DNA from: Torpedo marmorata
Taxonomy: Eukaryota
Assembly: GCA_977017645.1 (NCBI GenBank)
Contig: OZ360231.1
Location: 60,574,001 to 60,638,000, forward strand
Direction: 5' to 3'
Length of the DNA: 64,000 nt
Below, one piece after another: positions 1-12,310 of this stretch. The notes under the pieces were generated by a model that saw only the letters and a program-made list of their open reading frames with translations, searched no databases and was not told the DNA's origin. The position numbers were made by a program, and so were the translations under genes. Each line of letters starts with the position of its first letter. Position 1 is the first letter of the stretch.

Positions 1-394
1 TAACTGGCTGTCAAACAACATGAATAGCTCTGAATGTCACTGATAATGTAGTACCATGCAAAAACTATTGCATTTACAAACGATGTAAGTTGTCACTCTA
101 TTGTTAAATTCAAATCTAACTTCAGAGCGTAGTTGTGAAATCACCAACAAATACTTAATCAGACATTTTGTGATTTCTGCCATCATGCATTCTTGCACAT
201 GATTCCCTTTTTTCTGACACTTATACAGGTAGTTCTGCACGGAAGTAACAACATTTCTCTGGTCCATTATGTTAAACATGATCAGTGGAGGAGAATGCAT
301 ATCGAGCACAAATCTCTTGTCAAGGAAGCCTAAAGCCTTCATCACAGCTTAGTTCATGGTGCAAAGGCAAAATCCAGCAGGTACTCAAAATACA

Positions 395-585
395 AAATGA
401 AACAGAAAATGCAGGAAATACTAAGCAGGTCTTTCTATTACGAGTGAAGCAGAGTTAATGTTTCAAGTTAATGATCATTTGTCAGAGTTCTGCTGAAAGG
501 TTACTGACCTGAAATGTTAACTTTGTTTTTCTCTCCACAAATGCTCTCTGACCTGTCAAGCACTTCAAGTGATTTCTGTTTTGCA
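395..585. mobile_element. Older Penelope-derived palindrome; related decayed copies near 3205-3360, 4290-4395, 18015-18350, 18590-18845, 56875-56970, 57075-57215
   Basis: Arms ACAGAAAATGCAGGAAATACT...GTTAATGTTTCAAG / CTGCTGAAAGGTTACTGACCTGAAATGTTAAC...TTTCTGT. Confidence 0.65.
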
Positions 586-664
586 TTGTAATCTAACTTG
601 AAATTGTCCAACTTTACTTTGCACAGAAAAGATGGTAATCAATTTTATTTTGGATAGTTTAAAA

Positions 665-1042
665 CAGTGGTTTTCAAACTGCCCCCCCTAAACTCACATT
701 CCACCTTAAGCAATCCCTATGCCATAAGTGCTCTGTGATTAGTAAGGGATTGCTTAAGGTGGTATGTGAGTGGGAAGGGAAGATAGAGAACCACTGCTCT
801 AGACCCAATTGTTACTGAAATATTTTGCTTGAGAAAAATTGTCATTGGCCCATTTCCTTTGGAGTTATGAAACCGTGCACACAACGAGTCAATTAGGTAC
901 GATTAAAACAGTGGTTTTCAAACCTTTTTCTTTCCACTCACATACCACCTTAAGCAATCCCTTACTAATCACAGAACACTTATGGCAAAGGGATTGCTTA
1001 AGGTGAAATGTGAGTTTAGTGGGGGCAGTTTGAAAACCACTG
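665..1042. mobile_element. hAT-type composite MITE, copy 1
   Basis: Termini CAGTGGTTTTCAAACTGCCCCC / GGGGGCAGTTTGAAAACCACTG; near-identical to reverse complement of 36464-36834; no clean TSD. Confidence 0.88.
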
Positions 1043-2532
1043 GAAAATTGAGCAGGAAGGCAATAATTGATTCATGCACCACCTTCCTGTGATATTGTTG
1101 AATGGAAATGCAGATCAACGTATCACATTCAACCATATACGTCTGCAGTTTGAAGAAACATGCTGATTAGCCATAATATGAGGTTAGGTCACTACGGAAA
1201 GGTGGTAAATTATTCTTTAATTTCAGTAGACATCTGACAGAAAGGTGTAGGAATTTCTCACTTATAATTGTTGTTATGGTGGGCATGATTTAACTTCTCT
1301 CCAATCCCCAATGGAAATAAATTCACAGGTTATAAGCGCCCACTGAGTTGGCATCAATTAGCATCAATGAGAACACAAGCACAGGAGGTACAGAGAATGG
1401 AAAGCATCACAAAACTAGTACAGGGTGTTCTTCAGAAGTTATAGCTGAGACACATTTTGGGAATGGAAGGCTCGGATCACATCTGGTGTATGCTAGTTTT
1501 GACCTTGGTGTATTCACCGAACGCAAAGTAGTTTAAGTTTGCAATTATTCACTGGCTGTCGGTTCTAATTTTAAAAAATGAGTTTTAGTTTGAAAAGAAC
1601 AGCAGCAATTCTGTCTCAGAAATGTATAAAAACTGCACTATTTATCACTAATCATGTATAAAATTTTACAGGCTTCACCAAAACTATCCCACAAATTGTA
1701 CCATAACTATTAACTTCCATGGTAGTTGCTTATATGTTGATTTGCATATAATAGGATCGGGCAAACATATATTTAAATATCAAATAATAACAAAATATCC
1801 AAACAAGATGTATATTTTGAAATGTTTATCAGATTTGTATGAATTCAATTTTGAATTAAACTATTTGTCTCTTAAAACATGAACTTTCACAATCTGTATT
1901 TGAATTTTTTGACCTGGTAACTGGCAAGGAAGAACAATGTCTGGAAAATAAATTAGTAAAATAATATTCTCTGGTGAATTGCCTGATGAGAACTATGGAA
2001 ATGAAACACCAGAAATATCAATGAAGCTTTCAATTGAATGTTTAAAGATGGATAAATAATCCACTGAAGATTTGCTGTTGTGCTTACTTTTGGGCTGTTT
2101 ACCAACTGGTGCTCCTGCCTCCACTCATTTTCTGCTGAAACTCCCTCTGTGCCTCCAGGTTCAACTATTCCTGTGCACTCCTGGCCAACCTCCTCATTCA
2201 ACCTCTCTCAACCTGAAGTCATTCAAAGATCTGCTGCCTGTGTTCTAACTTGCACAAGTCACATTCACCCATCACACCTCTACTCACTGATCTACATTGG
2301 CTCTCAGTTAAACTGCTTGAATTTTAAATTTCCAAGTTCCAGTTGCTTTTGTATCTCCCCATGGCCTTTCCCCTCCCCATCTCTGTAATCCTCTCCAGCT
2401 CGATGACTCTCCCAATATCAGTGTTGCTTCAGTTCCGACCTGTTTATGGTCCCAAATTTAATCACCACCATCGAAGATTGTGCCATCAGCTACCAAGGTC
2501 ATTAGCTCTGGAATTCCTTCCCTAAATCTACC

Positions 2533-3165
2533 TGTAAGAGCCGTAGGCTCGTTTAACTTACCGTTGTTGCGGCGCTCCGATGTCTAGCCGGGCCTCGGAG
2601 CGCTCGCGTTGTTCACCAGGCCGTCCTCGGAGCGCTCCGAGGCCACGTCGGGCCTTGGAGCGCTTGCGTTGTTCTGTGGGCCGTCGTCGGCCCGTTCTTT
2701 GATATGCGCATGCGCGGGAGTGCCGACGGGCGCATGCGCAGTATGGAGTGACGTCATTGTGCGCGTGGGAGGCTGGGAGTTGTAGTATGCGCGGGGTAGG
2801 ATGCGCAGAGCCATTAGAGAGAGAGAGAGAAGGAAAGAGAAAGATGTATGGAGGGTGAGTGAGGTCTCCACATCTTTATTGACCGTTTTATATCGTTTTA
2901 TATCGTTTTATAACCTTTACATCGTTCTACAGTGTTTTCATATCGTTTTGGAATTGTTTAAGGAATAATTTAAAGGAACTCATCATACATCGTTTACAAT
3001 AACTGTTTATATTAAAGTCATTGAAGATTACTGCAAGTCATGTGTGAAAATAAAGGTTTTGAACATATTGGACTTTGTTAGTAAATTAATTAAAACGCGT
3101 CAAAAGCAAGGACCACACTTAGCCTCCAGGTGACTATTGGTGGAGCGAAGTCACCGTTACTTATA
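2533..3165. mobile_element. Solo LTR (633 bp)
   Basis: Starts TGTAAG, ends CTTATA (decayed CTTACA); exact 5-bp TSD CTACC (2528-2532, 3166-3170); CpG-rich left part; AATAAA at 3049. Confidence 0.8.
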
Positions 3166-3454
3166 CTACCCATTTCTCTTTCACACTTTTCTACTTTAAG
3201 AATGACAAGCAATCTGTTGGAGGATCTCAGTGGGTTGAGCAGCATCAGTGGGAGATAAAGAATGGTCAAGTTTTCAGGGCACTGATGATACTCGATCTAC
3301 TGAGTAACTCCAGCATATTGATTTTTGCTCAAGATTCCAGCATCTACAGTCTCCTGTGTTTCTCCTTTAAGATGCTCTTTGGACCTATTTCTTTGTCCAA
3401 CCTAATGATCATCTGCCCTAATATTTTGCTCCATGGCTCGGTGAGATTTTAAGA

Positions 3455-3980
3455 ACCAGGAGCAGAAGTAGGCCATACATCACCTTCATCCACTTTCTTG
3501 ACCAATCCCCATCACGATTCATTCCTCTATCATCCAACATTTTTGAAAATATTCACTAATTTAGCCCCCATATCTTTCTTGGGTAGAGAATTCTAAATAT
3601 TCATAATCATCTTAGAGAAGGAATCCATCTTGAATGGGTGAGTTCTTATTTGGAAACTCTGCCCCTGAGTTTTAGATTTGTCCAGGAACAGAATCTCCTT
3701 CTAGCATCCACTCTGTCAAACTCTCCCAGAATTTAACATGTTTCAGTGATGTCACCTGATATTCTTCTAGCTCATGGGAGTTCACTATAGATCCAACCTG
3801 CTCAATTATTCTTATATGCCAACCCCTTCACTCCAGGAATTAACCTGGTGTACTTCTTCTGTACAGCTTCCAATGCAAACATACCTCTTCTAAATAATGA
3901 GACCAAAGCTTGAGCTTTTGTGTTCCATACCCTTTCAATAAAGACCAACATTCAATTTGTCTTCCTAAGTATTGGCTGTA
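3455..3980 (-). mobile_element. Decayed CR1 LINE 3' portion
   Basis: AGGAGCAGAAGTAGGCCAT tail and GGGTAGAGAATTC pattern as in other CR1 copies in the window. Confidence 0.6.
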
Positions 3981-4634
3981 AATGCAGGCTAACATTTTGT
4001 GTTATGTACAGACCCAGATTCAAAGGTACAGCAACATAATGAACCCTCTTTTCATTCAAACAAGATCCTATTGCCTTTCCTTGCTCCTAAAGTTTATAAT
4101 CTCACATTTGCTCACATTTGCCATGTTTATCCCCACTCAATCAACCCACCTACATCTTCTTGCAACTGCTTTGTGTCCTCCTCGCAACTTGCTTTCCCAG
4201 TAGTCTCTGCCAATTTAGCCACAAACTCAGTCCCTTCACCTGAGTGATTAATGCCACTAGACTTAGCTTACCAACCTGAAAATGAGTTATTGATAAGCAA
4301 GGGTTATTAACCTGAAACATTCTCTCTCCATCGATTCTGCCTGAACAGCTGAGTATTTCAGATTTCCAGCATCTGCAGTGTTTCGTTTTGTTCACCATTT
4401 ATCCCAACTCTATTTTCTGATGGTTATTCAATCATTTTGTTAGAAAATTTTCCTGTGAAGTGCCTTGGGATGTTTTGCTGTGTTATATATATTCAGGTTA
4501 ATAATTAACTAATACTAAGAGCCATTAGTTTGAGTATTCTTGCTTGACAGTTGAGTAACATTGCCCACTGTTGCAATATAAACACTGTGAAAAATGAACA
4601 ATTGTCTTTAAAATATAAATTGCTCTCTACATAC

Positions 4635-4806
4635 ATGTCCTTGATCATCCAATTCGTTGTTTGTAAGCTTGAGTTTATCAAAGCTGATGACTTGCCGCAT
4701 CCATGTATCGCCAGAGGCCAAAGAGTCCGGATGGATGTAGGCTCGAGGAGGCACTGGTGAATCTGCATTCCCTGCAACCATCCACTTTGAACTATGATAA
4801 ACGTAT
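4635..4806 (-). CDS. TBX15: TBX15 coding exon 4 (T-box)
   Basis: [57 protein letters not shown]; 172 nt, acceptor ccatctacag, donor CAT|GTATGT; DSLASGDTW is TBX15-type. Confidence 0.96.
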
Positions 4807-5279
4807 CTGTAGATGGACAGGAAACCAGAGATCATAAAACCTCCGCAGAATGTAGAACAACGCACTCCCATTCCCTTGTTCGGTAATCGAGGCTTCAAAC
4901 TGTAATAAGCAGAGGTGACTTGACCATGGATAGGAACGTGGAGAAATCTTGTTTGCTGAATATTGAAAACTGTTTTTAAGTTTGTTATTTATACATGTAC
5001 TGTGCAGTGATCACAGAACATTATAATGCTGAGATTGTACTGGTATAACCATGCCATCAGAATCTTCTGTGACCATTACTGAAATAAGGTTATTGTAACA
5101 TTGTCGGATTAGTTCCATACCCTATTATTTACACTTGTCCCCTTTTACCTCAGATTTCCCCAACCATCAAGCATTTACCTTCAAGCAGACACAATGATGA
5201 AGAAATGGTGTGTAAGGTTACATTTTGATGTGGATGGAACATGATATTTCTTTGGTTAGCAAGATGTATCAACTGATGT

Positions 5280-6245
5280 GCCACCAGGATACACTTGGGA
5301 TCTCAACATGTGAATGACTGGAATGAAGGCCCTGCAGTTAAACTGCTGATGACACAATGATAAGTAGGAAGGTAAATTATGAAGAGGATACAAGGATGTT
5401 AAAAAAGAGATATAGATAAGTGAGTGGGCAAAGGCATGTGATGTGGGTACACTCCTTTGTGAGGCAAAATGAAAAAGGAGATTACTTTAATGATGTGAGG
5501 CTTGAGATACAGGAGGATCTGGGTCTCAAAGAACAGAAAATAGAGTTGGAATTTTGGCAAGCTATAATTGGGTAAAATGAGTGCATTATCCTTCTATACA
5601 AATCACTAGAACAACAGACCAGTATGAAGGGAAACATTCTATGGACCTTGGTTACAAGAGATTTTGAGTAGAGGAGAAAAGATGTCTTACTTCAGTCAAG
5701 TAGAGCTCTGGTGAGACGAATGTTGTGTGTGGATGTGGTCTCACTCCCCAAGGAATGATGTAATGGGGCAGTGCAGTGAAGGTTCAGCAGACTGATACCA
5801 AAGATTTATATTACATTGTTATTTGATAAGAGATTAAAGAGAAGGAGACTAAACTCTCTCAAGTTTAGAAGAGTAAAAAATCATCACACTGAGAGTAACA
5901 ACATTCTTAAAGGGCTTAAAAGGATAGATACAGTGTTGATGCTTCTCCTGACTGACGTGTCCAGAACCAAGGGACACAATCTCAAAACACAGGTTTGGCC
6001 ATTCAGGACAAAGACATTTCTTTAGCCAGAGGGAAGTATTTTTTTGGAATTCTCCAACAAGAGGGCTGTGGAGATTCTATTGATGAGTATATCCAAAATG
6101 GAAGTCCTCAGATATTATGGAAATCAAAGCTTTTGGGTTAGTTCAAGAAAGTAGTATGGAGGTAAGATATTAGCCATGATCTCATTGACTAGTGGTGTAG
6201 GTACAAGGGGCCGAATGGCCTACTACTGCTGCTTTTTCTTATATA
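5280..6245 (+). mobile_element. Decayed CR1 LINE 3' portion
   Basis: Remnants of RT (GCTGATGACACAA) and tail GGGCCGAATGGCCTACTACTGCT. Confidence 0.7.
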
Positions 6246-6668
6246 TGCATACATTAACAATAATATACACATATATGTTGTCATTAATGTACTAAAGTGC
6301 TTCACAAGAGTAGAACCAAACAAAATTTAGCACTGGAACAAAGAAAGCGATGTTGGGAAGGGAGGATGACAGCTTGTTGAAATAGATGATTCCAAGGAGG
6401 AGAGAAAGATAGGGATGTTTATGGCCTTTAAAGCTGAAGGGACAGTACAGTGATGGAAAGATTGGACTCCAAACCTCATAAGAAGCTAGAGTTTGGGGAA
6501 TGCCAAGTTCTCATTGTCAAATGGTCTAGAGATTGCATCGATTGGCAGTGGAAGGCCAGGGAGCGACATACATTTTTAATTTTAGTGATTGTTGCCTGAA
6601 ATCCCCCTCTTGTATTTGGCAGAAACCTGCTGGTACTTAAAATCTTAGCAGAGACTGTGATAAGGGTC

Positions 6669-7692
6669 AGATACTAAGAAACCCCTATCTCTTTTTTATT
6701 TGTTATTGACTCATTCTAGTTATTGGGAAGATATATTATTAAAGGTTAAACAGCAGTGGGAACTAGATTTTCAAGAGGAGATTTCTGTTCCTGTATGGGA
6801 ATGGGTGCTCCTAGCTATTAATTCTTCTTCTTTATGTGCTCGCCATTCATTTATCCAGCTAAAAGTTGTTCATCGAGCTCATTATTCTAAGTCTCGATTA
6901 GCTAAGTTTTACCCAAATCTTTCCCCCCTTTGTGATAGATGTAAAATCGAGGAAGGTACCTTATACCATATGTTTTGGACATGTCCTTCATTATATAATT
7001 ACTGGTCTAGTATTTTTCAGATGTGGTCCACTGTTCTCGATGTAAATTTAACTCCTAACCCATTTATGGGTTTATTCGGGATTCATAAAGTGAATGACTC
7101 TAAACTTACGAAGTCGCAATTGCATGTGATAGCATTTACGTCACTCATTGCTAGGAAAAATAATCTTTTACACTGGAAAGACGTTGATCCCCCTTCACAT
7201 CGCCACTGGCTCAACTGTGTGATGTCATGCTTGACGTTGTAAAAAATTTGTTGTTCTAATCTTGATAAGAATCTCAATTTTCAGAGGATATGGGGTTCGT
7301 TTATGAGCCTCTTTCCGACATTGTAATACGGGCTTTATAACATTCTCTCTTTCTTTTTTCTTTCTCTTAGCCAGTTTCAGACGCGCATGGATTAGGGTTT
7401 AGATTTTTTCCCCTTTTCTGTTAGTTAGTTGTAGTTTAGATTCCTTTTTTTTTCTTTTCCTTTTTTTTTCCTTTGTTTTTATGTTTTGGGGGTATGTCAG
7501 TTTTATGTGGTCATTCCTTGATTGCTCTTTGTTTGCATTATTACTTCTGAGAGGGGACTTAATGACATTTGTAATTATAGTTTTTTTATTATTATCCTTG
7601 TATTGTACTTATTGTATACTTTTGCACTGACTGCCTCTGTATTGTTTGACCTTATTTGTCTTAAAAATCAATAAATAAAATTGAAAAGAAAT
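6669..7692 (+). mobile_element. L1/Tx1-type LINE 3' fragment
   Basis: CDRC...HMFWTC zinc-knuckle region, T-rich 3' UTR, AATAAA and A-rich tail; TSD AGACTGTGATAAGGGTC / AGTCTCTGATAAGGGTC. Confidence 0.88.
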
Positions 7693-8876
7693 AGTCTCTG
7701 ATAAGGGTCGAATGTGAACAGTTAACCTGACTCTCCCAAAATCTCTCATAAATATTCACACTAACCATAGTAGAGAGTTGTGTCATGGTTCCACCTCTCA
7801 GAGTTATGGAGTTGCTGGAAAGATTCCTACTTTGGTAAAATGCCACACTTAGTAGGGCAGATCACACCCCCTGACTGGTGGAGTGTTCCCAGTCTTTTCT
7901 GGTTTTGTTTCAGATTGGTCGCATCTGCAGATTTTAACCTTAATTGCTGCTCTGATAAATCCAGAGAACAGTGCCATGCTACATAAGGATAGGCCATTGA
8001 GTATCTATAACAGCTGGAGGTATTCATCCCAAAGACCTTTTCTCTCACAAGTTCACTGCCTTCATTCAAAGGTATTCCTTTGAGATTTGTTCATTGAAAT
8101 TGGTACTACAATTGTCAGTACTTCAGCAAACCTTTACTTGGCAATCTAATAGTTTTAACAAAAAGATACAAAATGCATAACTTGTCTGATTTTCCAATCT
8201 GCATGTTAGCATGTGTCAAATGTTTACTGCTAGCTCTACCGGAGCACCAAGTGAAATGACAGAAGTCTTGCACCAGGAAAGAGGTCACATAGATCCAGAA
8301 GAAGAGATCCTTTTACAAGATTCAGTCTTCTGCAGTTGTAAAATTCAATGTGGGAGCTAGTTTAGCTACTTTTATGATATAGAGGTAGCATGGTCTTGCA
8401 GGTAGTGCAATCTGCTTTCTGTCACCAAAACTTACAAGTCGCAAATATATCTCTATGAGTCAGCTTTGTTGTTAGGAACTGTTCATGGAACTGACAAGCT
8501 TTTATGCTGGCAGCAGACAACTGTGACCTAATATGAAGCCATATATGAAATGTATCGGAGAATCCTCGCTAATTGTTTACAGAATGCTGATGATGCAACC
8601 CACACGTCAAACGTCTCAATTCAAATTGCAAGGGCAGGAGCTCATGTTCTGCTGTCAAATACAGAATGGAGATACTGAGCAACTAAGTAAACGATGTCAT
8701 TGGATTGGAGGAACATTAAGTACCTCACCATAAACTGAGATAAAATTAGCCAAATACATGTTAATCTATTCGTAAATCAATTTTAAGGTTATATCAAATC
8801 TTTTAAGTTTAATATGATGTTTCATTTTGACTATTACAGTGACAGTTCACACATTGGGCACATGTTGGTTCGATAA

Positions 8877-9520
8877 CACTGGACAACGAAGATTTTGCTT
8901 CCTAAACACTTTGGATGTATTTTATGGATTTTGGGTTGATGATCACCAAAATCACCTTAAAATTTTCCTATCACGTACCGTTTTTATATATAACCTATTT
9001 TTGTAATTTCATGCTATATTTTAAGTCTACTTCAAGCATACAAATCCATGAAGTGCAACATATCATTTGAAAATTCATTTTCTGCATTCGCACTTGGACT
9101 TCTTCCCTGCTGATCTTGGTGCAGTCAGTGACGAACATGGTGAAAGGTTTCACCAGGACATTGTGACCATGGAAAAGCGGTATCAGAGCAAATGGAATTC
9201 ATCAATGATGGCTGACTATTGTTGGACACTGACACGAGAGGCATTAGATGCTGAAAATCAGCGGCAAAAGATTTTTAGGTCAATTGAACTAACGTAATGT
9301 GTCAGCATTATTATGCGATTAAACATGCTAAATTCAATAAATGAATCTGAAATCTGATTGATTCAGATCTGAAATCTGAATCAATAAAATGTTAGTTTAA
9401 TGTTTCTCCAACTTCCTATGTGATACAGCAAATCTGAAATTATCTTTGTGTTCTGCTTGAAGTTGTCTATCATAATGGTGTTCAGGAAGCAAACCTTTTG
9501 AAAAAATGTGTTGTCCAGTG
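8877..9520 (+). mobile_element. Chapaev3-like (CMC superfamily) DNA transposon, internally deleted
   Basis: 11-bp TIR CACTGGACAAC/GTTGTCCAGTG, 3-bp TSD TAA, transposase C-terminal remnant KIHFLHSHLDFFPADLGAVSDEHGERFHQDI (9067-9297). Confidence 0.82.
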
Positions 9521-9696
9521 TAATCAATTCTTGAGGAACAAACAACGAAAGCCAACCTATAGAATAGAAATCTTTATTAATGAATATTTAAGGAGCCACT
9601 TTCCTGTGTCGGACTCCTTCCAGAATAAACCTCATTTCTAAAAATTGAAATATGCATACAGTTCGCTGGAAGTGGACAAACTCCATGGAAACCTAC

Positions 9697-9798
9697 CGAT
9701 ATCTCTTGTTATCAACAGGGATGATATCCATTGCAATGTAATATTGTTGATGTGGATCAAGTCCTGTAATCTTCACTCTCATAGCTGGGAACATTCGC
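9697..9798 (-). CDS. TBX15: TBX15 coding exon 3 (T-box)
   Basis: [34 protein letters not shown]; 102 nt, ag acceptor at 9799-9800, donor CG|GTAGGT; KITG favours TBX15 over TBX18 (KISG). Confidence 0.96.
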
Positions 9799-10043
9799 CT
9801 ATGAATAAGATTATTATGAATTAGTTCAAAGGTTATATGTTTCCCCTTTACCCTTGAAATCTCCCGAACTATTACCATTCCCTGACAGGATTACAAACAG
9901 GTTGCTAATTGTGAGAGCAGTGCATGCACAAGTGCAGACGGAGAGGTTCTCTTCTATTTGTTTCTTTTTCCTCAGGCATGTGCACAGTTCTGTTAGAGAA
10001 AGAGAGGGTATTGCTCACCACCAACCTTTTACTTATAAATTCT

Positions 10044-10079
10044 ACACACGCACGCACGCACACACACACACACACACAC
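10044..10079. repeat. (CACG)n(CA)n microsatellite
   Basis: Directly visible. Confidence 0.9.
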
Positions 10080-11868
10080 CTATTGAATAAAAACTAATTT
10101 GCATCATTTAACATAAATTAAAATTAAATGCTTTAAATAAAGACACTTTTTTGTGTTCAACTCCCATTGGAATGTTAGCCATTATTTTCTTCTAAAGTCA
10201 CAACTCTCCAGCATGGGATTTGAACCAGTATTCCAAGGATGGGTCCTTTTTTTGGTGCCATTTGATTTCCAGTATTTTTAGCTTTATTTTAGATTTGCAG
10301 CATCTATAGTATTTTGCACATCAGAAAATTAATATATCAGCTTTAATTATCATGAGCTGACACATTCTGAATGATTAGGCAAGTGTAAATGGGTTTAATA
10401 TTTGTTAAGAATTATTACATACCACTTAGCCTTTGTAAATGACAACATTCAAAAACATACATACCGGCACTTTATCCTGAATGAAGGAAAAGGTGTGTAG
10501 CAAGTGAATCCTGGGAACATGAATAGGTTTCAATGCAGAATTGAAGAATAATTGTTCACATTTATTCTAAAACGTAATAGGGAAGCTGTAGCTGAATTCC
10601 TTGCACTTAGTGTTAACTCATATTTTGCTTCTGTACTCTGGAAAAGTATACAAAGAGAAACTTGTTTCTTTGTAATTGAAGGTTGATCAATCCAAGAAGG
10701 GTTAATTCTGTTTGAACCTGATTTGCAAGCTGTCTACTCTTGTACAGCTTCAAATTTGCTTTCAAAGAGATTGTGAGTTCCAGTCATTTTACATATGGTC
10801 TACCTAGCACAGAATAAGTGGTGACATGGATGCATAATGCAGGAGAGTTGTGTGCTCAGAATTCATTGCATTGAAATTCAATGCCAGTTTGCATTTTCAC
10901 CTTTGCCCTCAGTCAAAAAATAATCAACAAGGGAATAAGTAAAAGTGAAATTATATGGCAGAAACAGTTTAGGGAGAGGAATTAAAGGCCTATTTTTATT
11001 AACACTGACTGCCCCAGGGATTTCCTTCCTTTTAAAACTTTTCAATATTATACACTTATATTTAGTTGAGAATGAAATCAGAGCAGGGCAAGATTCTGAA
11101 AATGATTCCCTGAAATGGTCAACAACAGCTGTGTGATTATTTCACAATCCTTTCCCAGTTATGTTTTCAATGACTTGTTTGAAACTATTTTTAGAGCAAT
11201 GCCTTGTTTAAGCTGCTTGCTCGCAAGGTGAAAGCTGTTCCACCAGGTACCTGGAGGATTTGTTTGGACGGGCCCTGAGTGATACCTGGCAGTACCACAT
11301 GCTGAAGCACCAACAGGGTAGAATGCAGAATGCTACATTTCTCTGATGTCAATTATTATTTATTCTTTATTTCAGCTGAGCACTCTGGAGAGGGCAGTAA
11401 AATTAGCAGCCAAGCCAATTCAAAGTTCTCTGACAATTGTCCCTCCTGCTTAGAAGCTCCAAAGATGGCTGGCAGTAGATCACCCACCAAACTATTCTGT
11501 CCTGGAAATGACACATCATGTTGGTGGGCAAGGAGTTCCCAGGGGAGGCTGAAATAAATGAGCATTGAAAGAGGAGTCAATTTAAGAGAAAAAACAAATT
11601 TCAGAATGAAAGGCACATCAGTGCAGCTTAAGTGTTGGAATTGGTGGGTGAGGTTAAAACTAATGTCAGGTTTATATCAGAATCCATGTCCCACAGAGCA
11701 CACTTCCTGACTCAGTAGAGTGTTTGGATGGGATTATTCCTTTCAGTTTTGATGGGGAAATACAGTCAAGTGATACAGGTTAGGTAAGAAGCTCTATTCC
11801 AGAAAGTGGAAAGCTGTAATCCTGCTTTGGTATTTTCCAAATCTACATTTTTTCAGTCACCCTTGGAA

Positions 11869-12116
11869 GGAATAGAACTCCGGTGCTGGTGTTGGGAGGT
11901 CCACTTATGGAATAGAACTCCGGTGCTGGTGTTGGGAGGTCCACTTATGGAATAGAACTCCGGTGCTGGTGTTGGAAGGTCCACTTATGGAATAGAACTC
12001 CGGTGCTGGTGTTGGGAGGTCCACTTATGGAATAGAACTCCGGTGCTGGTGTTGGGAGGTCCACTTATGGAATAGAACTCCGGTGCTGGTGTTGGGAGGT
12101 CCACTTATGAAATAGA
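11869..12116. repeat. 40-bp minisatellite, 6 copies plus a partial
   Basis: Unit GGAATAGAACTCCGGTGCTGGTGTTGGGAGGTCCACTTAT, one substitution in copy 3. Confidence 0.97.
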
Positions 12117-12310
12117 TGGGAGGGAGGCATGTACCCAAGCTCAATGTGGGATTGGGCAGCAGTACACATTGAGATGGTCAGAATGAACTCAACCTGGGGA
12201 TCAGAGGCTGTGGTGGTATCAGTTCAAGCAGAGAAAATAGACAGGACCACTTTAGAAAGGCACAATCTATTTTGCCAAAAAATTGTGTCAACCCCTTACA
12301 TGGCGAGGAG

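Noticed and set aside
37-345. Possible further TBX15 exon
   Set aside because: No IILHSMHKYQPR or NPFAKGFRD found in 1-4634; exon 5 lies outside the window.
11869-12116. CRISPR-like array
   Set aside because: Units are contiguous with no unique spacers, the context is eukaryotic and there are no cas genes.
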